A stretch of 64,000 nt of DNA, from NCBI GenBank assembly GCA_951406725.2, contig OX597816.1:127224001-127288000 (forward strand), given 5' to 3'. Made by a program: the position numbers and the translations under genes. Origin of the DNA: Octopus vulgaris (lineage: Eukaryota). Below, in pieces: positions 39,450 through 53,070 of the stretch. The notes under the pieces are model-generated. The model ran no database searches. It was not told the DNA's origin and saw only the letters and a program-made list of their open reading frames with translations. Position 1 is the stretch's first letter, and each line of letters begins with the position of its first letter.

Positions 39450-40015
39450 CCAAAAGAAAGGCCAAAATTATGTGATCTGCTACTCTTGGTGGCAGTGATG
39501 GTGGTGATTGTTTCCCTCTATGTAAAGAAGAGTGCTTATATGCACCATGAAACTATATGAGAGGTTCTTCCATGGTAACTATCATAGCATTCTGTATTCT
39601 AACACATCCTTTTTTAAGTGGTGATAAATAGTACCTTTCAGTATTAATCTGCTTCTGTCTCTATTGATTATTTTTTAATAAGACCCTTGGTTATTTGCAA
39701 TACCAGTGTCTGATTAGACCTTGTAATCCTATATACATTGCTGACAGAGAGCATTCACTGCTAATTCCAGCAGTCAGGTGTCCACCATTAACAAGGCCAA
39801 GAAAGGCCAAAATTGCATGTTCTGTTAGCATTGGCAACAGTGACGGTGGTGATTATCTTCCTCTAGCGATGTAAACAAGAGTGCATATATGCACCAGAAA
39901 ACCATTTGAAAGGTTCTCTCATAGTAATTATCACAGTATTCTAACACAACATCCACTTTTAAGTGGTGATAAATATTATCTTCTGGTGTTAATCTGCTTC
40001 TGTCTCCATTAATTA
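39450..40015 (+). repeat. Diverged ~220-bp direct repeat (39450-39670 and 39797-40015)
   Basis: Shared AAGAAAGGCCAAAATT ... GGTGGTGATT ... AAGAGTGC.TATATGCACCA ... TTTTAAGTGGTGATAAATA ... TTAATCTGCTTCTGTCTC. Confidence 0.85.
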
Positions 40016-42092
40016 CTATTTATTTTTATTCATTTCAGTGAATGAGTGACTTTCAAGAGTCCTAAATCATCAAGTTATAGGATGCATAGTATTACTGCAA
40101 TTTAATAGACATATCCTGTATAAGTGATATGGGAAATTTTAATATACAATATATTTCACTTGCAAATATATTGATGCCTCAGTAACATTTCAATGGAAGC
40201 GCATAATGCTTGCAGCTTTATGATATATATAGAAAATAAATTATATTCATATTTTTAATTGATCTTCATTTAATAATCTTGTAGTTATTTAATTGACAAT
40301 CTTACAATTCAAAATGTTTTGCTTTTGTAAGTAATTTCAAATTTTATAATGAAGAGTACAATGTTTGAAGCATTTTGTTTATGATAAAATAGTTTGACAC
40401 TCCATTTGAATTGCAAGGTACATGATATTTATGTACAACTAGGGATTTTTCAGAGATCTTCATGAGGGAAATTTTCAGCATGATTTAATAATACCAAGAT
40501 TTGTCTTCTACCCAATGATTGTGGCTTCAAATTACTTCATCATTCTCTCTTTGAGCACTTCATTAATTTTTACTATAGACCTGTTATTCATCTGGAAATT
40601 TTCACTAAAATTCTTCTTCTTATGCTAATAATTTGTGACATTTAGATACACTGTTAAACATTTATATATGATTAAAAATATCTTCAAGGATTATATAAAT
40701 GTACAGTTTTTTTTTAATGACTTAGTATGAGATGGAAAAAGTGTACCTATGACAGATGATTTTTTCAAGGCTCTTAAGACTGATAGAAGTGGGGGAGCTA
40801 TCCTCAAACCAGAAATGTGATCTGAATGAATATTTCTGAGTATTCTCCACTAAAAGCTCCCAATGACTAGGTGATCATGCTAAAATGGGCCATGGATTGA
40901 GTCTACCACAAAAGAACTCAGAATACAAATAGCCAAAACAAACTAATCACCTTGTCTGATGCTCTAACAATGACACTGGTTCACTACCCTGGAGTGGTAC
41001 TTTGTTTTAGCATTCACAAGTAGATTAAAGACAATCACTCAAAATGTAATCTATTTACATCAAATATCAACACAAGCAGAGTCTACCCATTTCATTCAGT
41101 ACTGAACACTACACACAATACATACATTAAATCATTTGCAATCAACATGTTTGCAATGTCTTTCATTATTATTCAGGTATTATACTCAGTTTCCTGTCCT
41201 TTCAACTCATTTTCCACATGTTCTATCATACTTCTCACAAATACTAATAATTGTGTGAAAGAACTATATGTGATTTAACATGAAATAATGTATATGAAAT
41301 GAAGAATTATCTCAAGATTCACCCTTACTTGTAGCAAGCACTAGAGTAATAATATTCATTCTCCTGGCTAAGTTACCCGACAAATCATGAATTTCTTTAC
41401 AACTACAGCTATTATTTCAGATGTAACTGAAAACATTTTAAAAAAACAATGTGACCCAGACTAATATGTCTTGTCACACATTTAAGTGCAAATATTATTC
41501 AATATTCTAAAACAAAAAATAGCTTAAAGAATAATTGGTTGATTATTTGATTAATCTTTTTTATCAAAATGTTTCTGTGATGAACACTATTAATTAACAC
41601 CTGGTGCTATTCACAAAATAAATTGTTGGCAGCAATAATATTTTGCAGTCATCATCTGGTAATATTTTGGTTTTAAGTCATTGATAAAAGGCATTTTTAT
41701 GGCTAACTTACAAAAATATCCATAATCAAAACTGTACAGTTAGATATTATGCTTGAATCTAAGAAGCCAATGAAAATGGGCAAAGTGAAAGATAATCTTT
41801 CAGTTAAGCATTGATAGATTGTTATGCCTACTCTCAGTATCATCAGGATACCAACAGTGCTATTTTAATCTCCATATATTTCAAAATATGGAATCTTCTG
41901 AATATGGTGTATTAATTTTGATAATTGTCAGTTTAATCAGTTATACTAAATAATGGTAAATTAGTATTAATATATTTTAAAAAATTTTATCTAGTTTCAG
42001 CTCATGAGCTGTGGCCATGCTGGGGCACCGCCATTTACATAAATCATCATATTATTTACAAGAAAACGATATTTTTAATAGAAATTAACTAA

Positions 42093-42250
42093 CATAGGTG
42101 CAGGAGTGGCTGTGTGGTAAGTAGCTTGCTTACCAACAACATGGTTCCAGGTTCAGTCCTACTGTGTAGCACCTTGGGCAAGTGCCTTCTTGCTATGGGC
42201 TGACCAAAGGCTTGTGAGTGGATTTGGTAGACAGAAACTGAAAGAAGCCT
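42093..42250 (+). mobile_element. SINE family A, 5' half
   Basis: GGTGCAGGAGTGGCTGTGTGGTAAGTAGCTTGCTTACCAAC... to GAAACTGAAAGAAGCC. Confidence 0.9.
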
Positions 42251-42253
42251 TTC

Positions 42254-42392
42254 AGGAGTGCTGACAGAAATATTAGCACACCGGGCAAAATGCCTAGCAG
42301 TATTTTGTCTGCCGTTACGTTCTGAGTTCAAATTCCACCAAAGTCGACTTTGCCTTTCATCCTTTCTGGGTCGATAAATTAAATACCAGTTT
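42254..42392 (+). mobile_element. SINE family B, 5' portion
   Basis: GCTGACAGAAATATTAGCACACCGGGC ... GAGTTCAAATTCC ... GTCGACTTTGCCTTTCATCCTTTCTGGGTCGATAAA. Confidence 0.85.
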
Positions 42393-42397
42393 GCTGA

Positions 42398-43158
42398 AAG
42401 GGTAATGTCAGTGTGCATGTACAACAGAGTAGAAGAATCTTCAGAGAAAAGTTGGGCATAAGAGGCATGAGATGTGGTGTGCAAGAGAGATGATTGTGTT
42501 GGTATAGTCATCTGATGCATATGGATGTGAACAGCTGTGTGAAGAAGTGCCAATATCTAACAGTGGAGAGAGGCTGTGGAAAAGGGAGAGCCAGGAAAGC
42601 ATGGCATGAAGTGGTGAAGTATGATTTTTGAATGTTAGGCCTCATGGAAGCAATGACTAGTGACTGATACCTTTGGCAATATGCAGTGCTTGAGAAGATC
42701 TATCAAGCCAATGTTGTCGGTGTCACATAACTGGCATCCATTCCAGTGGCACATAAAAAGCACCTTTTGAGTGTTGGGCCTCACAGAGGCAATGTGGCCG
42801 ATGCCAGTGTCACATAATCAACACCCATGTCAGTAGCAAGTAAAAAGCACCTTTCAAACATTGGGCCTCATGGAAGCAATGACAAATGACCAAAATCTTT
42901 GGTAATATGCTGTGCTAGAAAAGAAAACCCATCATGCCAAGTGAAATTGTAGTTGTGCCAGATACTGGTGTCATGCAACTGGCATTCACGCTGGTGGCAC
43001 ACAAAAGCATCCATTACACTCTCAGAGTGGTTAGTATTAGGAAAGGCATCTAACCATAGAAACTAGAGTCTGGTGCAGCCCCACAGCTCACCAGCCCTGG
43101 TCAAATCATAGAACCTATACCAGCATGGATAACAGACATTAAGTGATGATGAGGATGA
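42398..43158 (+). mobile_element. RTE LINE, 5'-truncated: ORF C-terminus plus modular 3' UTR
   Basis: NVSVHVQQSRRIFREKLGIRGMRCGVQER*LCWYSHLMHMD..SCVKKC...GKGRARKAWHEVVKYD (RTE rLrWyGHv.rm ... GRprktW). Repeated UTR modules and a GATGAT tail. Confidence 0.85.
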
Positions 43159-43169
43159 TTATACACAGT

Positions 43170-43320
43170 GTTTTTTTTTCAGTTTCTTTCTCAACCAGAC
43201 CCACTCACAAGGCTTTGCTTGTCCTAGGGCTAAGATAGAAGACACTTCCTCAAGGTGACAGACATTGGGATTGAACCTGGAACCATGTGGCTGCAAAGCA
43301 ACCTTCTTAACCATGGAGCC
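43170..43320 (-). mobile_element. SINE family A, 5' half
   Basis: Reverse complement of 42093-42250. Confidence 0.85.
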
Positions 43321-43845
43321 ATATATATATATATATATGTGTATATATATAATGGGAAGCTTTATGAAAATAAACAAAAGACGAAGGCAGGTGGAATACA
43401 AACAAACAATTGTATTAGTATGGCGCTCTATATATATATCTTCTGATTTATGATGTGTTATAAAATAGACATTCTTTAATTGATGACAGGCTATCGGAAG
43501 CATATACATGCTAATTAGATTATCCCCTAATGTGCTAACCTAATTTGTGATGGCTTTACATAGAAGCTGACATATGCTATTGAACGAAGAAGGAAGTTGA
43601 GGAAATCATTTATGAGGAATTATTAATAAACTGTGAAATGGTCAACTTGTAGACTTTCTTTTACTTTTTGCCACACATAAATAGTATAGAAATTATGTGT
43701 TTACTTTCTTATCAGAACCTCAGTGAGGTTTTCTAATGTTTAAGTTTCTTTTGATTCTTCTGATTTATAGTGTTATTCATGATATAGATGTTATACACAC
43801 ACACAAACACACACACAGATATATATATATAAACATACACACACA

Positions 43846-43888
<43 letters not shown>

Positions 43889-45016
43889 GTATATATAAAA
43901 GGGAAATCAGTAATCAATCTAAAGCTTAAATTGCCCTGTATGTTCAGTTACAAATGTATTTATCTACAAAGGTTAGAAAACATAATGTTAGACGAGCAAA
44001 TGCAGTTTTAATTTCATTGCAGGTTACTGATTTATTTCATATTGGTAAAAGCTTAAATCTATGTAAACAGTATCAATTCATATTGACAACTGGCCTTAGA
44101 GACCTAACATAAAGGAAATTTCTATAATAAGGCCACTGAACCAAAATAATTCAGAACACAAAGAAAATGTATTGAAGAAATAAGAATTAAATATTTTTTT
44201 CTTTGTGTTTCTGAATTCTTTTATTGAAGAACTTGTTTTACAAAATATACAGCTTACAAATATTGAGTTTTGTTGAGAAAAGATGTCTGCAATCTTTATT
44301 GTTGACAACTGTTGCATGGAAACAGGAAATATAAAAGGCAGAGAATAACTCTTTGTTTGTAACTCTACAATATTTTTTCATTTAATATGACACAAATAGA
44401 TCAACTATGTTGAACAATACATGTAACACTTTATTTAGAATTTCTGAATATATCTGATGATATTTATTTTAAGGTTAACATGTTTAGAAGGTTCTTATAT
44501 TGTAGCCCAACATATTTTCGTTCAAGTTATTCATTCTTATTTTATCATTAGATATTATCAAATAGTAAAAATAAGAGGATGTGATATAAAAATAATAATT
44601 TCTGTTTACTGCCCTAGAAAATTTGCAGTTAAATATTGATATTATATGTTTTGCCTTGGAAAGTTTATTAGAAATGTATTGCCACAAAAATAAATTTAAA
44701 AAGAAAAAATAGGTAGAACATAGTTATATCTATATATCTATTTATGTACAATACTTTTACCATTATTTCCAAACAATTAAAATCTTATTCATTGACATGA
44801 TATACTTTTATACATAGTATCTGAAATAAATTCTATGTAAAATTTGTAATTTTTAAAAATATTTAAAGCCATTATTTTATATTGTTATTACTGAAGTTTT
44901 TTCAGAAATACTGTTAGTTAGGACATATGTTTATTATAGAGAACTTTCTTCTCTTGTAATGACAACTCTTTAATTGGGAAGTACTGATGCTGATAGCAAA
45001 ATATAGTTAGATAGAT

Positions 45017-45056
<40 letters not shown>

Positions 45057-45179
45057 GTATATATAGACAGATAAATAGATAAGCACATTTGTGCCCATGT
45101 ATGTACGCACACACATGTACCCATTTGATGACGATATGTATTCCTTCATCATTGTGTGTTTGTGTGTGTGTATGAATAT

Positions 45180-46715
45180 ATCATCATCATCGTTCAATGT
45201 TCACTTTCTATGCTGGCATAGGTTGTACGGTTTGTCTGAGGGCTGGCAAGCCAGAAGGCTGTACCAGGCTCCAATCTGATCTGGCAAAGTTTCTCATCCA
45301 TATGCAACACATAACCATACCAATGCAGTCTCCTCTCTTTCATACCACATCTGATGCTTCTTATGTCCAACTTTTTTCTCAGGGTGCTTACACTCTGTTA
45401 TGTATGTACACTGACATTACACATCCAGTAAAGCATACTAGCTTCATTTCTTGTGTATGCAAGTGTATGCATGCCCTCAGCAGTCATGGCCCATGTTTCA
45501 CTTTCACGTAACATGGCTGTTCACACACATGTGTCATACAGTCTACATTTTACTCTGAGTGAGAGGCCCTTTATCACCAGCAGAGGTAGGAGCTCTCTGA
45601 ACTTTACCCAGCAGCTACACTCTCAGAGCATCCACGCCCACTACTGATTTGGTCACTTAGGTAACGGAAGCTATCAACTACTTCTAGTTTTTCCTCCTGG
45701 TATGTGACAGAAGCTGTTTTCTTTATATTTTCAGTGATTATTGCCCCTGAGCATTTGCCACATGCAAAACTATCTTCCTACTTAGCCTTCCCTTGATATT
45801 ACTACACCTCTTCTGTGTCCATAGCTTACACCGGGTACATCTTATGGAGTTTCTACCTACACCTTTTCTACAGATCGAGCAGGAGCATCTAACTGAAAAG
45901 ATTTGTGATTTGTCTGCCTTCCTACTTATTAAGACTTTAGTTTTTGCTAGTTTCACTCTATGGCTCTTCGATTCTATGCCTTGTTTCCACACCTGAAACT
46001 TCTCTAGTTCTGATAGTCACTCAGCTATTAGAGCAAGGTCATCAGCATAGAGAAGCTCCCACGGACATCCTGTCTTGAATTCCTCTGTTATTGCCGGGAG
46101 GACTATAATGAATAAGAGTGGGCTGAGGACTGATCCTTGGTGGACCCCTACCTAGAATTCTTCACTATACTCGTTGCCAACCCTCGCCTTACTGACAGCA
46201 TCTCTTTACATGGCTTGTACAGCTCTCACCAGCCACTCATCTATCCCTAGTGTTCACATTGACCACCAGATAAGGGATCAGGGGACCCTGTCAAAGGCTT
46301 TCTCCATGTCAACAAAAGTCAGGTACAGAGGTTTATCTTTGGCTAGGTATTTCTCCTGCGGCTGTCTTACCAGAAATATAGCTTCAATGGTGCTTTTCCC
46401 TGGCACAAACCTAAACTGCATCTCACCTAAACTAACTCTCTCCCTAATTAGTTGGGTTATGACCCTCTCTGTAACTTTCATTACCTGATCCAACAACTCG
46501 ATACCTCTCTAATTATTTGTATCTACTGCATGACTTTTACCTTTGAAGCAGCAGACTATGGTGCTGCTACACCAGTCATTGGGTATGACTCCTTCATGTG
46601 TCACCTGATTGACTATAGAGGTGACTAGACTATAGCCAACACCACTAGATATTTTACACATCTCTGTGGGGATTCCTGATGTGCCAGGGGCTTTCCCCGT
46701 CTTCATACCCTTAAA
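45180..46715 (-). mobile_element. RTE-clade LINE, 5'-truncated RT pseudo-ORF plus 3' UTR
   Basis: MKTGKAPGTSGIPTEM, IPNDWCSS, MQFRFVPGKSTIEAIFLVRQ, FVDMEKAFDRVP, GVHQGSVLSPLLFII, PWELLYADDL, KTKVL, then a Cys-rich block. (GAT)n tail at 45180. Frameshifts and deletions. Confidence 0.92.
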
Positions 46716-47164
46716 TGATTTATTTCCTTAATTGATCTTTACCGAGGACCAAGTTCACAGGGTAAAAAGTGGCAAGAAGAGGAATCCAGGGGAGCAGATA
46801 TAGAAATAGTGATGCAAATAAACAAATAAAACTGCTTGCTTGGATTAGATATACAAAACATATATACAAGTATATATGTAAATAGAGAGAAAGCAAAGGC
46901 TGAAAATTTTCAGGCAATGAATATTCAAGTATAAATATATAGATATTTATATTTTAACAGAACAAACTTGCACAGAGTACACAGATACAGAAAATTAAAG
47001 AGGAGAAAGTATCATGTTATAAATCTGACAGCTGTTTCTGGAGGCTTGGAGCTATTCATAATGTTGGCAGACATAGTTCACAAAAATATACAACCAGTAA
47101 TGGTAGCAAATAAACATTGGTATGCTAATGATTCTGCCACCTCACTGTCTTAATAATAATAATA

Positions 47165-47380
47165 ATGGTTTCAAATTTTGGTACAAGACCAGCAAATTCA
47201 AAAGAGTGGTTAAGTTGATTACATGGATCCCGGTTCTCCATTGGTACATATTTAATCTATCCTGAAGAGATGAAAGACAAAGTTGATCTTGGCGTAATTT
47301 GGACTCAGAATGTAAAGACAAACAAAATGCCATTAAGCATTTTGCCCCAAATGCTAACAATTCTGCCAGTTCACCAACCC
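47165..47380 (-). mobile_element. SINE family B flanked by (TAA)n and (CTA)n
   Basis: Matches 12170-12385. Confidence 0.85.
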
Positions 47381-47381
47381 A

Positions 47382-47415
<34 letters not shown>

Positions 47416-48249
47416 ATAATAATAATAATAATGATAATGATGATGATAAGAAGGAGGAGGAGGAGGAAAGTAGAAGTATTAGTTGTAGTAGCAATAATAA
47501 ATATCATAACGGTATTTATTTAGCAATATTTATAATATCCCTATAGAAAATATTTCACACAATTTGTACATTGCTACACAACTGAAATGAAACAGTAGTC
47601 CAATTTCTCTTAAAATCACTTTTTACTGTCTTCAAAAAAGAAATGAGATATACGTATCTAGAAAATATTGACCTTAAAGAAAAAGTAGAATGATCACTGA
47701 TCAAACATCTTTGGTGTTAGATCTAGTCAAGCAGGGGCTGACATGAGGCTAAAGAACAACAGCAATGAACTTCATGAAATAGTTTTTCTTTTTATCTTTT
47801 TATCAAAGCATATTGAACAAATATTTATTTCTCTTCCATTTTCATCTTTCTGACTAAGGCACAAAGGGTATACTCTTTGGGAGAAGATATTGTTGATCAT
47901 ACTTGAATATAGTTGACCCCAGTGCTTGAATAAGGATCTTGAGAACTAAATATGGCGAGGCATTTTGTGAAGTATTATCTTGATTTTTGCCAATTCTTTA
48001 AAATTTTTTAATTGACATATTGATAATTAAACACCTGTTCTAATGGCAGATAAGGATTTATTAGACTTACATTGAGTTTTCAATATTGATCTGTCATTAT
48101 TTTATTTCTTAGTTTTTAGTGGTATTGTTCCCTATACATTTTTAGTCACAATTCTTCTCTTTCAATTATAGGTCATTTTTTTCAACCAATCTCAAATCAA
48201 ATTATTTCTGTACATTAATAATTATCAAAAATGCTGCCGACATATTCTT

Positions 48250-48737
48250 TTATTCTTTTATTTGTTTGTTTGTTTCAATCATTTGAAACGAACTGACCCC
48301 AAGACTTATTCTTTGTAAGCCTAGTACATATTCTAGCAGTCTGTTTTGCCAAACTGCTAAGTTACGGGGATGTGAATACACTAACATTGGTTATCAAGCA
48401 ATGGTGGGAGGACAAATACAGACACACAAACATACACACACACATACACACACATATATATGTATGTGTATATATGTAATAATATAAATAATATATAAAT
48501 ATATACACATATACATACATATATGTACATACCTACATATATATGTATATATACATGAATATATGGGTACAGAACATCAAAAAACCTTGAACACAATGAG
48601 AAACGAAAACATAAAAACAAAAATATAGCAACAAACTTTTTTTTCAAACAACGAAAAAACAGAGAAATAAGACATACAACATAAGGAATATTCCCTTCTT
48701 CAGTTGTCCCTGTTTCATCTACTCCGTATTTCGAAGG

Positions 48738-48776
<39 letters not shown>

Positions 48777-48897
48777 ATGGGCTTCTTTCAGTTACCCTTT
48801 CCCAAAAGCACTCACATGGCTTTGGTCAGCCCAAGGCTACAGTAGAAGACACTTGCCCAAGGTGTCACACAGTGGGACTGAACCCAGAACCACGTGG
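48250..48897 (-). mobile_element. SINE family A with a ~170-bp foreign insert (about 48567-48740) in its central microsatellite
   Basis: The 3' half (48250-48440) and 5' half (48775-48897) match 433-870. An unrelated A-rich segment lies between the (TA)n tracts. Confidence 0.8.
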
Positions 48898-51389
48898 AAA
48901 AACAAAAAAACATCCACCATATTTATGGCAATACTGTAGACTGCCACTAATATGGTAACCTGTAATCCAGCAAAATCAGTAATTTAGCATTAATTTCAGC
49001 AAAAAAAATTTGAAATAATTTAAAATTTCTCTGGTCACCACACCAGCTAGCCACTACAATTTGTTGGTGCTACTTGCTGCATAAACACACTCACATCATT
49101 TGTAAACAAAGGCAGGCGTTTCCAGTTTGTTTGTTTTTCTTTTTTTCATTTATTACTATACCTTTTTCAGCTTTAACCCCAGCCATGGTTCCAATGCATA
49201 AAAGAAGTGCTTCCTATTTTGTAAAGCATAAGAAAATGTTGAACTGTAGAAAAAACTTGACAATGGTGTGTCTGGGAAATTTCATTTGATGTTTCTCTTT
49301 TCCTTATTAACCAACTTGTACCAATTTACATGGCATTTTACCTAACCTAACCTAATCTACCATACTTGATTAATAATCTGGCAAAATCACTAATCCAGCA
49401 CTCTCCAGGTTAATTGTATCCATATGTTAAGGATTTTTTCCTTAGATAGAAGGCTTAGTGGTTAGATAGAATGGTTTAGTGGTTAGAATATAAGTAATGA
49501 GTATATTCTGGTACTTATTTTAAGATAAAATGCTCTGTCTGTTGAGTAAAGTGTCATCCAAGCTGATGTTTGTTGCTAATTAAACTTAATTTGCAACACC
49601 TGTGCATATTTATCAGCTTTGTTTTTGTTGGTAATTCCCATCAACAACTTTTCCTGTGATTGTGATTTTAGAAGACATACTACAGTATACTCAAGATCGG
49701 AAATAATCTCTTTTGAGCAAGAAATGTAAAATAAAGTTTGTTGTAAACAACACAAACACTTTAATAGCTTTCAATGTGATACCTATTAAACAGAAATTAT
49801 TTTTATTTGAGGAAAATTTAATAAAATCTAGTCATAAGTAAGTGAAATTATGCTGAATACAACTAAACTGAAAACCCTTTTCCCCTGACCATATTGACAA
49901 TTCTGAAAACTTTTGGGTAAATTTTACATGAGTAGAAAATTTTTTTAACAAATTTCATTCTGAAAATCACCTGCGTAAATTACATAGGTGTGCAATTTAC
50001 ATGGGTTTTACAATAGCTATTTTATTGTGAATAGTGATTTGAGACAAGTGCCATGGAGACTAGTAGTTTTTGTTGTATAATTAGTGATGGATGTAGTGTA
50101 TAATTCACTACAAATATATGCTAATGGGTGTATTGCTTTTGTTTTCAAATGTTGACTGAGAGAGAAATATTCTTTTCCATCTTTAAACAATTCAGTTTTA
50201 GGTTTTGATGCATTCGTTCATTTTTAAGATTACTTGTAAAAATTGTGTGAAGAACAGCATTTTATATATCATCCAGCTACAAGATTCTTATAATGTAATG
50301 GTTGTAAAATGAGTTATATTGTTATATATGATATCTTATCGCCACATATAATGACACATCATTTTTTCAATATTGAAAATAGATTATTTTAACCATTTAT
50401 AAAACTGGAATGTATAGTTTCTTTTTACTTTTTATTTAATTAGATATTCCTATAAAAATTGTGAGCATATATTTTATTAAATTGAGGTCAAATAATGCAT
50501 TATAGCCATTAAACTTAGTTGAGTGATCTCATATTATATTCATTAATGTTTTATAAATGCTGATAGTACAAGATTAAATTATGTCTAAAGTGGCTCTTTT
50601 AAACTTGAGTTTATTCATCGAAAAATTGTTTAACTTCTTTTATGCTTTCTGAACAATTAACACACTTTCTTTTTGTTTCTCTCTCTCTCTATCTATCTAT
50701 CCCCCCCTCTCTCTCTCTCTGATGTACTTTCTCTGTGCCTCTCAACAGCAGTGTATCTGTCTTATTAAAGTTTGCTGTATGTTAAACTTCTTGTTTGAAA
50801 ACAATCTTTCATTTCTTTTTTTAAATAACCAAGAACTAATTTGACAGAACCAATATAACAAAGTATGGTACTAAACAATGAATAAGATACAGATATTAGT
50901 GTATCAACTTGCACAACAAATATTTCATGGTTATAACTACATTAAAGGTTTGTATACTCTTTGAAGAAAAGTAATTTCCTAATGCAACTACCTTTGATTT
51001 TATATTTTAATCTTTATTTTCACAAAGTAAAAAACAAAATAAAAGAAATCAACAGACTGTAGCTTAAAATTATACATGAAAGGTTTTCATAAAATTTGGC
51101 AAAATACATTTTGTATTTTTACCATGTACAGCAATAAGGAAGATTAAAAAATAAGCTGTATGGGCAATGCATGTAACTAAGAAACTCTTGCCTCATTGTT
51201 GAAATTCCAGTGAATTTTGATAGCCTTAGAAAAGATTAAAAGCAATACATATTGAGGAAAATGTATTTATATTTATAAATGGTGAAATATACATGGCTTA
51301 AGTAATCGTGGATAAATTATCATAATATATTGTAAGCTTTAAACTGAAACGATGTCTTTTTAAAAAGCTATCTAATGGTATATCCCGTA

Positions 51390-51565
51390 TGTCTCTGACT
51401 CTCTCTCTCTCTCTCTCTTCATATATGTATATATATACACACACATACATATATATATACACATATATATATACACACACATACATACATACATATATAT
51501 ATATACACATGCATACACATATATATATATATACATACATACATACATACATACATACATACATA

Positions 51566-51635
<70 letters not shown>
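51390..51635. repeat. Compound microsatellite (CT)n(TA)n(TACA)n(CA)n
   Basis: Direct reading. Confidence 0.95.
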
Positions 51636-51640
<5 letters not shown>

Positions 51641-51811
51641 AGAGTAAAGAACATGAGAAAAATGGTATGTTTCTGTTTTTGGCAACACATGATATCACAC
51701 TATAGATGCAACCAGTAGATGCAGCTTACAAGACCAGCATGGAGCAAGTATGTCATCAGACAGTCAAAAAAGAAATACAAGTCAAGGACAATCAGCAACC
51801 AATTTTAAATG

Positions 51812-51889
51812 TACCAGTGGTGTGTTTAAATTTGGCTTACCAGTGGTGTGTTTAAATTTGGCTTACCAGTGGTGTGTTTAAATTTGGCT
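51812..51889. repeat. Perfect 26-bp tandem repeat x3
   Basis: TACCAGTGGTGTGTTTAAATTTGGCT three times with no spacers. Confidence 0.95.
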
Positions 51890-52079
51890 GTTGCTTAAAT
51901 TTAGTCACTGTGCTCTTTGTATTACATCATTGTCCACAATCAAATATGGACAACCTGTGTGTGCTTGTGTGTACAAGCAATGGTGGGAGTTTTATGTTTA
52001 ACATTAGAATCAAAACCTATGGGGTTTAATTGCCATGTGTCAAGCATCTAATCATACATATATATGTGTGTGTGTGTGT

Positions 52080-52117
<38 letters not shown>

Positions 52118-52539
52118 CGTGAAGTAAATGAGGATGTGTTTTCCAAAATGGAAGTGAACACCTTTCCCCATGTAACTGGATTGAAAAATTGTTAAGACAC
52201 TAGGATTTTTTCCTACTTTTCTTAACATGAAACCAATGGTAGCCTTAATTCACAAATAAAGAAAGTATATTCACTTATGTGGTGTTGAGTAGTCATTTTC
52301 ATCATTTGACAATTACATATATATAGCATTGCATTGCTTATACATCTCTTTCTCTTTCTCTTCCTTTTTCTGTGTATTCAAGCATATATGTGTGTAGTGC
52401 ACAATTATTTACTTTCCATGGAGTTCCTGTAGCTATATATTCTACATGTGATTCTACATGAACCATTTCTCCTCAATAAAATCCAGAAAGTATTGAACAA
52501 GTTTTTTACAGTTGCATGGTTTTTCCAGAAGACATTTGC

Positions 52540-52682
52540 ACATACATACATACATACATATACATACATACATACACATATATACATACATACATATATA
52601 TACATACATACACATATATACATACACATATATACATACATACATACACATATATACATACATACATATATATATATATACT
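52540..52682. repeat. (TACA)n/(TA)n microsatellite
   Basis: Direct reading. Confidence 0.95.
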
Positions 52683-53070
52683 TATCAAATTAAATATATT
52701 TAAGCAAAACTCACGATGCTATTTATTACATTTTTTGCCCAGAAAATTTATATCATATTCAGTCACTCCTGAATTGAGAAATTAAAGTACCAGTCATGTA
52801 CTGTGTTCAGTAACATCGATTAGCGTTCTCTCAAAAACTATTTGTGCCTCAATTAAAGGCCATTATTATCATCATCATCATCATTATTATTTTTAAAGTT
52901 ATTTCAACACATTTTCTGGAGTGATAAGCGCTAGCACTGAAAGGTACAATGTTTTGTATATTAATATATCTATGTAAACAAAGCAAATGAAGATAGAAAA
53001 TAGGTAACACATATGCATATTTCAGGAATTCTTTCTACTTCTTTAGCACCACATCCAACTCATTAATCAC

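Noticed and set aside
48680-48740. Hammerhead candidate (minus strand CTGAAGA-AGGGAATATTCC)
   Set aside because: No GAAA after the hairpin, and a permuted arrangement lacks stem I pairing.
51812-51889. CRISPR-like 26-bp repeats
   Set aside because: No spacers, no cas genes, and a eukaryotic context.
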